From an uncultured Ignavibacteriales bacterium (GTDB taxonomy: Bacteria; Zixibacteria; MSB-5A5; GN15; FEB-12): a stretch of 64,000 bases of DNA. The stretch covers positions 101,803-165,802 of the forward strand of contig CAZFGK010000002.1 of the NCBI GenBank assembly GCA_964518635.1, in the 5' to 3' direction. Position 1 is the stretch's first letter. Each line of letters opens with the position of its first letter. The notes beneath the pieces are model-generated. The model did no database searches. It was not told the origin of the DNA and worked only from the letters and a program-made list of their open reading frames with translations. Below, in pieces: positions 8,900 to 16,758 of the stretch. The translations under genes and the position numbers were made by a program.

Positions 8900-9394
8900 A
8901 TGCCTGCTGCTACGCGAAACAAAAGTACGGCAAAGAGTCAAATGATTCCAAAGAAAGAGCTTTGGTCGTGCCCCGTCTGTGCAGCGCAGTTTGCCATTCG
9001 AAATCAGTCCCACTCATGCGGAGACTATAGCGTTGAAGGCTTCCTAGAGGGAAAGCCGGACCGACTTGTGGACCTGTTTCATGATTTCATTCGCGAGTAT
9101 CGAAAAATCGGAGAATTAACTCTCCACCCAGTCAAGACACGCATTGCGCTTCTTTCAAAAGTGAGATTTGCTTCAGTAAACAAGATCGGAAAAGATTGTC
9201 TTGTTGGTCATCTGGTTCTGACACGACGAGCAAATCATAAGTCTCTGTTTACAAAAATCGATAATTTGAATGACCGGTTCTATGTGCATCACTTTAGACT
9301 AAGTCACATGAACGAAATCGACGAAATATTTATTGGGTACATGCGTGAGGCCTATGACTATGGTGAACGAAAGCATTTGAAAGGTGCCAAGTAA
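8900..9394 (+). CDS. DUF5655-like protein (Cys-x2-Cys..His-x-Cys N-terminus)
   Basis: 164 aa with WSCPVCAAQFAIRNQSHSCG followed by a ..VKTRIALLSKVRFASV..FYVHHFRL..EIDEIFIGYMREAY pattern, recalled from the DUF5655 family. An alternative ATG lies at 8942. Confidence 0.55.
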   Translation: MPAATRNKSTAKSQMIPKKELWSCPVCAAQFAIRNQSHSCGDYSVEGFLEGKPDRLVDLFHDFIREYRKIGELTLHPVKTRIALLSKVRFASVNKIGKDCLVGHLVLTRRANHKSLFTKIDNLNDRFYVHHFRLSHMNEIDEIFIGYMREAYDYGERKHLKGAK

Positions 9395-9430
9395 ACGCAA
9401 ACCGAACAAAATCAGACTTTAGGGGGGAGC

Positions 9431-9505
9431 CATTTATCCAGCGTCATATCGGTACTGCCGACACCAGATGGCGGCCGTATCTGTTTATGGATTAGGTGGG
9501 CTTTG
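9431..9505 (+). repeat. Direct repeat copy 2 (orphan copy of the HNH 3' end)
   Basis: CATTTATCCAGCGTCATATCGGTACTGCCGACACCAGATGGCGGCCGTATCTGTTTATGGATTAGGTGGGCTTTG. It still encodes FIQRHIGTADTRWRPYLFMD-stop. Confidence 0.9.
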
Positions 9506-11753
9506 TCCAGATAACTCTCGTTACTTCATCGAAGCGCGGATGTTGTCGCACTAGTTCCCAGTGAGGGCTATGTCGTGACCACAATACCATCGGATCACGT
9601 TCTTCTACACATCTCTCAAGCATCCGAATCGTGTCATCAGGCAATCCTGCAGAAGAAGCAGCAATTGCCAGATAGGAGGGGGCTACAAACTCAAGTCGTG
9701 AACGTCCGGCGAGTTCATCGTACACCGCCCGAGCCAGTGCGTGACGGTTCATCTTGTAGTAGATCCAACCGGTCAAACCGAGCATCCACGGATCACGACC
9801 GGAACTCTTGATCGCGGGCAAGGCCAGTTCCACCGCTCTTTCGTACTGACCGTCAAAGGCATAAGCACGAATCTGATTCCATTTGGCAAAGAATGCCGTG
9901 GGAACCTGAGTCACTGCCTTTTCTGCAAACTCAATTGACTCACGGTTCCGACCTGCGTGACCAAGTACTATAGAATGCTGAGTAGAAATCCAGCCATTGA
10001 GCGGATCTTCGTGGAGTGCCCGTTCAGATTCGGAGAGAGACTTTTCGATAGTGAACAGCCCGCTTGAATAGGACCACGTAGTACGCTGGCTTCGCGCCCG
10101 GGAATTGCGCGGATCGATTGCCAATGCCCGCTCCATTGTTGCGTAGGCCCCTGTGAAGTCCCACTCAAACTGCTCTTGTACGCAAGCGAGCGTTGCCCAT
10201 GCCTCAGAATGTTCGGGATTCAACTGCAAGGCGTGCGTGACAAGCTCTTTTGCTTTTGTCATCGCAACCGCGGCAGGAGCCTGACCATATGTCGCCAGAT
10301 TGCGATAGGTATCCGCAAGCCAAACCATCGGATCAACATAGTTTGCGTCCAGTGCGATGGCCCGTTCAAAGAAGGGAATCGCTTCGAGCATGTACGGGCC
10401 GCGTTTTTCCATGAGGGCACGACCGCGGAGGAAGAGTTCGAAGGCTTCGATACTCCGAGTCTTCCGAACTCCCGCCGCCTTCTCGGCATCGCTGTCCATC
10501 GAGGTTCTGAGTCGACTGACTATCGCAGAAGCGATTCGATCCTGAATCTCGAAGATGTCGGTCATCTCCAGATCAAATCGCTCGGTCCAGAGTTGATAGC
10601 CATCACGTGCATTGACCAGTTGAGCGGTGATACGCAGGCGATTTCCGGCCCGCTGAACTGTTCCTTCAAGGACCGTCTGCACTTCAAGCTTCTCGGCAAC
10701 TGTCCGCAAGTCTTCCCGTTTCCCCTTGAATGCAAAACTTGATGCCCGGGCAGAAACGCGAAGACCGGGGAGTTGCGAAAGGACATTGGTTATTTCGACG
10801 GTGATTCCATCTGCGAAATACTCATACGATGCATCGCCGAGGTTTTCAAACGGAAGCACTGCAACAGAATTCTCCAATGAAGGCGCGATTGAAGCAGTAT
10901 TCGATGCGATGTTTTCGAGGGACATGCGAATCTCTCGCATGGAGCTCGGTCGATCATCTGTTGACTTTTTCAGGCATCGCTTCACAAGATCACGTAAAGC
11001 GCCGGGTGCAGAAGTTGGTAGAGATGTCCAGACTGGTTCACGTTCGAGAATTTCGACAATGAGATCCGGCGAGCTTTCGGATTTGAATGGAGGTTGTCCC
11101 GAGAGCATTTCGAAGAGCAGACAGCCGAATGCCCAGATATCAATCCGGAAATCGACCGGCTTACCGCGAAGTTGCTCAGGGCTCATATACGGGACAGTTC
11201 CCAACAATTGCCCGGCACGAGTAGCGGAGAGGTTTGCCGTCTGATCTGAAAACTCCGAACCGACGAGTGCGCCCTGGATCAGTTTCGCGAGTCCAAAATC
11301 GAGAACTTTTGAGACACCGTCAGACGTTATCATGACATTCCCGGGCTTCAGGTCCCGATGAATGATGCCGCGGTCATGAGCTGATTCTATTGCCGAAGCA
11401 ATCTGCGTGGCGATCTTTGTTGCCGCAGTTGCTTCCAGTTTGTCACGAGTCAGCAATTCGGCGAGAGAATCACCTTCGATGAACTCCATGACCAGATACT
11501 CGATCTCATCCTGTACGCCGATGTCGTACAAGACACAGATGTTGGAGTGATTGAGGGCCGAGACCGCTCTCGCCTCGATTTCAAACCTGCGCTGGGATGA
11601 TGAATCAAGATTCGCGTTGATCGGCAGGACTTTTACTGCGACGAGACGATTGAGGCGCGTGTCTCGGGCCTTGTAGACCTCACCCATTCCCCCTTTTCCT
11701 GCCAAGCCGATTAGCTCATAGGGGCCGAGACGGGTACCGGATGGAAGGGTCAA
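9492..11753 (-). CDS. Ser/Thr protein kinase with a TolB-N-like middle region and C-terminal TPR repeats
   Basis: 753 aa with the Hanks kinase motifs GKGGMGEVYKA, VAVKVL, HRDLKPGNV, DFGLA and SPEQ, then VAVLPFENLG.. and TPR-like repeats. Its stop codon lies inside repeat copy 2. Confidence 0.9.
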   Translation of the reverse strand: MTLPSGTRLGPYELIGLAGKGGMGEVYKARDTRLNRLVAVKVLPINANLDSSSQRRFEIEARAVSALNHSNICVLYDIGVQDEIEYLVMEFIEGDSLAELLTRDKLEATAATKIATQIASAIESAHDRGIIHRDLKPGNVMITSDGVSKVLDFGLAKLIQGALVGSEFSDQTANLSATRAGQLLGTVPYMSPEQLRGKPVDFRIDIWAFGCLLFEMLSGQPPFKSESSPDLIVEILEREPVWTSLPTSAPGALRDLVKRCLKKSTDDRPSSMREIRMSLENIASNTASIAPSLENSVAVLPFENLGDASYEYFADGITVEITNVLSQLPGLRVSARASSFAFKGKREDLRTVAEKLEVQTVLEGTVQRAGNRLRITAQLVNARDGYQLWTERFDLEMTDIFEIQDRIASAIVSRLRTSMDSDAEKAAGVRKTRSIEAFELFLRGRALMEKRGPYMLEAIPFFERAIALDANYVDPMVWLADTYRNLATYGQAPAAVAMTKAKELVTHALQLNPEHSEAWATLACVQEQFEWDFTGAYATMERALAIDPRNSRARSQRTTWSYSSGLFTIEKSLSESERALHEDPLNGWISTQHSIVLGHAGRNRESIEFAEKAVTQVPTAFFAKWNQIRAYAFDGQYERAVELALPAIKSSGRDPWMLGLTGWIYYKMNRHALARAVYDELAGRSRLEFVAPSYLAIAASSAGLPDDTIRMLERCVEERDPMVLWSRHSPHWELVRQHPRFDEVTRVIWTKPT

Positions 11754-11884
11754 GCGAACACTCTGCGAGCGAGAATCGTGATCATCGCCTGAGGATAACA
11801 GCGATTCGAATTGAACGGAAGATGTTTCTTTTCTGTACTGATTCTAGATCGACGTCAGATTATTGCTGGAGTCATGATCTCCGT

Positions 11885-11956
11885 ATTGTCCAGCTTCATA
11901 TCGGCACTGCCGACACCAGATGGCGACGGTATCTGTTCATGGATTAGGTGGGCTTG
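11885..11956 (+). repeat. Direct repeat copy 3 (orphan, more diverged)
   Basis: ATTGTCCAGCTTCATATCGGCACTGCCGACACCAGATGGCGACGGTATCTGTTCATGGATTAGGTGGGCTTG, which encodes IVQLHIGTADTRWRRYLFMD-stop. Confidence 0.85.
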
Positions 11957-12683
11957 AAAGACACACATATTCGTCTGCCGCTGCTGTGAGCATGTCCGTT
12001 GGATAAATCTCATGATACACGTCTCGCTGGATGAACGAATTGGCAAGTTCAATGACAGCAGGAATGTTGTAATTTCCGCTCACAAGTGGAAGCGAATAGT
12101 AGACAAAGAGAACTGAATCAAAAGTATAGGTTCGGCGAAGTCCCATGTCAGGAGTGGATCCTACAGAAATCTTCCCACCCAATTCAGCTGTAAGCCATTT
12201 AATACTCGACCATTCTTGGGCAACCTGCAACGACTCTACACCTGGCGAGTGTACGAACTGGACACTTATGCTGTCTGCATCGATAACATCGTAGCGAATT
12301 TTGAAAATGACAGACGTGTCAGCAGTAAACTCACAGTCGACAGTATCAGGCCAGGTTCGTCGAGTCTCTATTATTGCCTTCGCCCTCCCCTTTGGTAGCC
12401 GTCTGGAGAAGCTGGAGAGACTATCAGACTTGAATCCGATGACTTCCCCATCAGGATAAAGGAATCTTATCTGCGGTCGGTCGCCGGTGGCGACAGCATA
12501 GCGGAGGTCGCTGGGTTGGAATCCGTAGGGATAGTCGATGTAACAATACCACGCCAGAACCTGACCACTGACCAGCACGGTATCATTGTTTGCCGGAGCG
12601 ATGACTGATTTTTCGGTGCAGGTCACTGACGCAAAGACACAGAGCAGCAAGGCGATCACACTTGCAAATTGACTTTTTTTCAT
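11937..12683 (-). CDS. Hypothetical lipoprotein (paralog 1)
   Basis: Start chosen at MKKSQFASVIALLLCVFASVTC (signal peptide plus lipobox Cys). Shares its architecture with the next gene. Its stop lies inside repeat copy 3. Confidence 0.55.
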   Translation of the reverse strand: MKKSQFASVIALLLCVFASVTCTEKSVIAPANNDTVLVSGQVLAWYCYIDYPYGFQPSDLRYAVATGDRPQIRFLYPDGEVIGFKSDSLSSFSRRLPKGRAKAIIETRRTWPDTVDCEFTADTSVIFKIRYDVIDADSISVQFVHSPGVESLQVAQEWSSIKWLTAELGGKISVGSTPDMGLRRTYTFDSVLFVYYSLPLVSGNYNIPAVIELANSFIQRDVYHEIYPTDMLTAAADEYVCLSSPPNP

Positions 12684-12788
12684 CAAGCCCTCCAAGCTGC
12701 GTGTTGTCCTGCAGCTAATTAAACGAAACACTTACAAATTCAGAATCCAAGTTCATCGCAGAGATTGCGCTGTATATGCAGCATTCTC

Positions 12789-13535
12789 TTATTGTGGATG
12801 ACGCGAACTGGCGAGGCAAATATAGTAGCTCCCGTTTGTCCATAGTGGGACAGGAGAGATCTCTCGACTCGAATCCGCAAGCAGGAGTTCATTTGCTGCA
12901 ATTGAAACTTCAATGACGTTCGCGCTCCGGTCGGCAAGGGGAACATGATACCAGACGGAAACACTGTTGGGGTACTTGTTCACTACTCGCCATTCCAACG
13001 CAGCAACATCTGACTTCAAATTGAGGACATCATCGATCTTGCGATTGAATGATTTCAAAATAGACACTTCTCTCCATGCACCAAGTGTATCGATACCATT
13101 CTCATAGTAAAATGACAGGTACAGTGTGTCCGGGTTGGTCACCATATAGATCAGGTCGAAAATTATAGACGTGTCTCTTTGAATACGAATTGTGAAGGTA
13201 TCCAGAATCGACCACCGGGTAATGATGTCGAATGTCCAATACCCCGTGTCAAACAGCTGTCGAAAAGAAGATCGCCCATCGGTCCTGAATTCTTTCGTAG
13301 AGCCATCTAGTTTTGTCGCACGAATCAGCGGGCATTCGCCTGTATAAACCGCCATTCGCGGATCAATATTTGGCGGATAGAACGGGTTATTCGCCTCACA
13401 GAACCAGCCATTTACGACGCCCGTGACTCTTACTGATTCCCCGTTCGGTGGATTGGTGGTAAGACGATTCTCTGTGCAGGAGATTGCGAGCAACACTCCA
13501 AAGAAAATGACTATGAACAGCTTTAAGAAACGCAT
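12789..13535 (-). CDS. Hypothetical lipoprotein (paralog 2)
   Basis: Start chosen at MRFLKLFIVIFFGVLLAISC. Alignable landmarks with paralog 1: V.V.G.V..W.C, DTS(I/V)IF, and a C-terminal Y(I/V)CL(A/S)S. Confidence 0.55.
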   Translation of the reverse strand: MRFLKLFIVIFFGVLLAISCTENRLTTNPPNGESVRVTGVVNGWFCEANNPFYPPNIDPRMAVYTGECPLIRATKLDGSTKEFRTDGRSSFRQLFDTGYWTFDIITRWSILDTFTIRIQRDTSIIFDLIYMVTNPDTLYLSFYYENGIDTLGAWREVSILKSFNRKIDDVLNLKSDVAALEWRVVNKYPNSVSVWYHVPLADRSANVIEVSIAANELLLADSSREISPVPLWTNGSYYICLASSRHPQ

Positions 13536-13763
13536 TCTGTTGTACCATCCGGAAAACAATTCTTCCAATACTATGATAGATAGACATTACACCCACCCGC
13601 AAGGGGGTCGCAGAGTTCGCGCCAGACATAAAGGATGAATTCTCATCGGAAAAAACGCTTCTCGGTCGACCTGTTTGCGGACCCTGAGCGGCGATCCTTC
13701 TGTGAGTCAGCTATTGTCATACAATTCAACATGTTCGCTCATCAGAATTGAAATGTTTGACTT

Positions 13764-14264
13764 ATGCTTACAGGCATGAACACCCCGCAAGACTGTGCAA
13801 AGATCAAGCCGTACAAGCCCCGTCATATTGCATGCAAGGAGATCGCTCAGATCGACGGATGGTCTGTGAAGGTCTATACGATTACAACGAAAGACAGTTT
13901 TCAATCAAATCAGATTCTCAAGAATGCAGTTGCACAACTTCCATCATGGCTGGCACATGCTCAGACGACTGAATTCGAAACCTACGGTGCAGCTTTTCTG
14001 ATCGTGCATGAAGGGTTGGACGGTGTCTGGACCCTTATCTGTTGGTGGCTCGGCGGTGAGATGCTCCATTGCGAGACTTACTATTCTTCCTATAGTGATC
14101 CTAGTCGATTTACAATGCGCCCACGGGAGGGATTCATGGCATGTGTCTGGGAGATGGCGGTCATTATTCATGAACGAGAACAATGGATATCGCACGTCTT
14201 GACTTACTCAACTGCGCCTGACTTCAGGGCCTATCTCAATACCACCCTCAACGCCGAGATTTGA
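13764..14264 (+). CDS. Hypothetical protein
   Basis: 166-aa ORF with tight spacing to the downstream GNAT gene (1-nt gap). No motif recognised. Confidence 0.45.
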   Translation: MLTGMNTPQDCAKIKPYKPRHIACKEIAQIDGWSVKVYTITTKDSFQSNQILKNAVAQLPSWLAHAQTTEFETYGAAFLIVHEGLDGVWTLICWWLGGEMLHCETYYSSYSDPSRFTMRPREGFMACVWEMAVIIHEREQWISHVLTYSTAPDFRAYLNTTLNAEI

Positions 14265-14265
14265 A

Positions 14266-14760
14266 ATGAACTACAAGATTCGCTCCGCAGAACCAGGAGA
14301 CATTGAAGAATTGGTAACACTCTGCGCTGAGCATGCGGCCTTTGAGAGGGCCTCGTTTGATCCAAATGGTATGGCAGAGCGGCTGCGGATCTTTCTGTTT
14401 CAGGATCAGAGATTCTTTTGCTTCGTGGCAGAAGATGACTCGGACACACTCTGTGGCTATGCGACCTGCATGCTTGAGTTTTCGACCTGGGATGCGGAGC
14501 TTTATCTGCACATGGATTGTCTCTATCTTAGACCAGAGGCACGGAATCGTGGCATAGGAGATTCATTCATGCGAATTGTTGCAGCCAAAGCGATCGAATT
14601 GAAATGCTCACAAATTCAATGGCAGACCCCGCAGTGGAATATTGATGCCATTCGATTCTATCGACGACTCGGAGCAACTTCACGGGAGAAACTTCGCATG
14701 TATTTGAACCAAGAGACAATTGGCGTTCTAGGACAAGACCCAGAAGGAGAAAAAGCATGA
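14266..14760 (+). CDS. GNAT family N-acetyltransferase
   Basis: 164 aa with the acetyl-CoA binding motif LYLRPEARNRGIGDSFM and the typical GNAT length. Confidence 0.8.
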   Translation: MNYKIRSAEPGDIEELVTLCAEHAAFERASFDPNGMAERLRIFLFQDQRFFCFVAEDDSDTLCGYATCMLEFSTWDAELYLHMDCLYLRPEARNRGIGDSFMRIVAAKAIELKCSQIQWQTPQWNIDAIRFYRRLGATSREKLRMYLNQETIGVLGQDPEGEKA

Positions 14761-15266
14761 AACGCTCCGATATTAACACCCCACCCTGCTATTTTGATCG
14801 CTACATCGAGCAGATCGAAGATATTGATATCACGAAAGCATTTGAAGAATCATTGAGCGACCTGGATTCACTTGATGTCGAACGGCTAGCAGGATACGGC
14901 GACCTTTCCTACGCACCGGGGAAGTGGACTTTGAAGCAACAATTCCAGCACCTGATTGATGTCGAGCATGTGTTTGCATATCGCTCTCTTCGCGTGGGTA
15001 GAAATGACAAGACCTCCCTCCCCGGATTTGATCAGGACGTTTTTGCGTCAAATGTCGATGTCTCAAAACGTTCGCTCAAAGGGCTCGTAGACGAACTCAT
15101 TCTCGCGCGAAAGCTCACGCAACTTTTGTTTGCATCGTTTGACGACATCGCTCTGCAACGAACCGCATTGGCGAGCAACATCGAGATGTCACCGCTGGCG
15201 TTCGGGTTTACTATTCTTGGACATCAGAAACATCACCTGAAGCTCATTGAAGAACATTATCGATAA
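14757..15266 (+). CDS. DinB-family (DinB_2) metal-dependent protein
   Basis: 169 aa with QHLIDVEHVF...ILGHQKHHLKLIEEHY, a His triad pattern. A 4-nt ATGA overlap links it to the GNAT gene. Confidence 0.75.
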   Translation: MKRSDINTPPCYFDRYIEQIEDIDITKAFEESLSDLDSLDVERLAGYGDLSYAPGKWTLKQQFQHLIDVEHVFAYRSLRVGRNDKTSLPGFDQDVFASNVDVSKRSLKGLVDELILARKLTQLLFASFDDIALQRTALASNIEMSPLAFGFTILGHQKHHLKLIEEHYR

Positions 15267-15423
15267 CAGCACCTTTCGGAGTGAAGTGGATTATAGTAAA
15301 GATGTCATTACGATGGCAATCCACAGCATCGCTGGACACAGATTACTTGGCCTCACCATGTGGTAGGGGTCTGTTTCTCATCAGCAAGTTCATTGACAAG
15401 ATCGAATATCCTGCTCCCCAATA

Positions 15424-15774
15424 GTGGCGGTTGATTGCCAAGAGAGTATCTTGTGGCGGATTTCACAAAGTTCCGTGTGTACGGAAAGGAGATCGGTCAC
15501 GAAACGTCGTCAATGGGATGCCAAGACGAAGGCCAAAATCGTCCTCGATGGATTGTCCGGCAAGCCGGTGAGCGAGCTGTGCAGCCAGTATCAGATCAGT
15601 CAGACTCAGTACTATCAGTGGCGGGATAAATTCCTTGTCGAAGCCCATCGTGCTTTTGAAGTGAAAGCTGACGTTGGTGAAGTGGTTCGTCTGAAAGCAA
15701 AGACCGAGAAGCTGGAACGGATCATCGGAGTCCTGACTATCGAACTAGAAAAGACAGAGTACGAACTACGATGA
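15424..15774 (+). CDS. IS3-like transposase OrfA (HTH plus leucine-zipper-like tail)
   Basis: RRQWDAKTKAKIVLDGLSGKPVSELCSQYQISQTQYYQWRDKFL...LKAKTEKLERIIGVLTIELE. The start codon is uncertain because there is no in-frame ATG. Confidence 0.7.
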   Translation: MAVDCQESILWRISQSSVCTERRSVTKRRQWDAKTKAKIVLDGLSGKPVSELCSQYQISQTQYYQWRDKFLVEAHRAFEVKADVGEVVRLKAKTEKLERIIGVLTIELEKTEYELR

Positions 15775-16502
15775 GACGAGCATCGGAATCGGTTACCACC
15801 CGAAACGAATCAACTCTTGCATCTCTTCGTGAACTGAAAGCCGACCACCCCTTCTGGGGATACCGCCACCGCTGGGCTCATCTTCGGTATGTCAATCGTC
15901 TCGATGTGAACAAGAAGCGTGTCTACCGCCTGATGAAACAGCATCGCTTGTTAGCAACGCAGACCACGCACGAGATCCCTCGTTTACCTATGAGACCGAA
16001 GCCACGAGCAGATCGTCCGAATCAGTGGTGGGGGATCAATATGACCAAGGCGATGACGGAGCGTGGCTGAACCTATATTGTGCTGATGAAGAACTGGTAC
16101 ACGAAGCAGATAGTCGGTCATCACTGCGGAACGACGGCGACCTCACGAGAATGGTTGCTGGCACTGGAGCGAAGATTGCAACGGCAGTGTCAGGATGGAT
16201 CACGTAACGAGCAGACTCATCTGATGTCAGATAACGGTTCCCAGCCGACCTCACTGACCTTCATGAAGAGTTGCAGCATCCTTGTTGTGCAGCAGGCCTT
16301 CACGAGTTACAACAACCCGAAAGGGAACGCTGACACCGAACGGATGATACGGACATTGAAGAAGGAACTCATCTGGCTTCGAGAGTGGCGCGATCCACAT
16401 CAGTTGTCAGATAAAGTCAGTCGATGGATAGAAGAGTACAATGCGACCTGGCTGCATGCGGCGCTGAATTACCGGACGCCGAACCAAGTCGCAGATACCT
16501 AG
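15771..16502 (+). pseudogene. IS3-like transposase OrfB (rve integrase core) interrupted by an in-frame TGA at 16068-16070
   Basis: ORFs 15771-16070 and 16080-16502 are in the same frame. The sequence reads ..WWGINMTKAMTERG-stop-TYIVLMKNWYTKQIVGH..LMSDNGSQ..PKGNADTERMIRTLK. The first catalytic Asp position reads Asn (GINMT). Confidence 0.75.
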
Positions 16503-16707
16503 AACCTGAGCCACCAGACTCTTTTAGCGAACGCTTGCATAATGTGGAGCAGTACATCAGGACGGCATATCACTTAACTGTATGTAATTCACTGTATTCC
16601 GTTATTCCACATAGCATTACAGCTCTCTCTGAGATTCTATTTGTTTGCGTCAGTTTGCGCCAATTCCCCCCTGTTTTGGCACACGTTTGGCACACATTTG
16701 GCACAAG

Positions 16708-16734
16708 AAAAAGGACAGATCAGATGATCTGTCC
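16708..16734 (-). terminator. Rho-independent terminator of the tail-fibre-like gene
   Basis: GGACAGATC-AGAT-GATCTGTCC forms a perfect 9-bp stem. Read on the minus strand it is followed by TTTTT, and it lies 25 nt after the stop at 16759. Confidence 0.65.
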
Positions 16735-16758
16735 CTTTCAATTTCAACGCACTCTCAA

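Larger units (their letters stand above)
15424..16502 (+). mobile_element. Decayed IS3-superfamily insertion sequence (orfA plus disrupted orfB); ends not identified
   Basis: An HTH orfA is followed, through an ATGA overlap, by an rve-type integrase orfB carrying an in-frame stop. No convincing terminal inverted repeats were found by eye. Confidence 0.7.

Noticed and set aside
10176-11244. Plus-strand ORFs of 188 aa and 172 aa.
   Set aside because: They are antisense to the Ser/Thr kinase gene, whose Hanks motifs are unambiguous. They carry no motifs of their own.
16068-16070. Possible TGA recoding (Trp or selenocysteine) in the IS3-like orfB.
   Set aside because: TGA clearly terminates well-conserved genes here (valS at 3568-3570, nosD, nnr). 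The same ORF also has a substituted catalytic Asp, so a nonsense-mutated pseudogene is the simpler reading.
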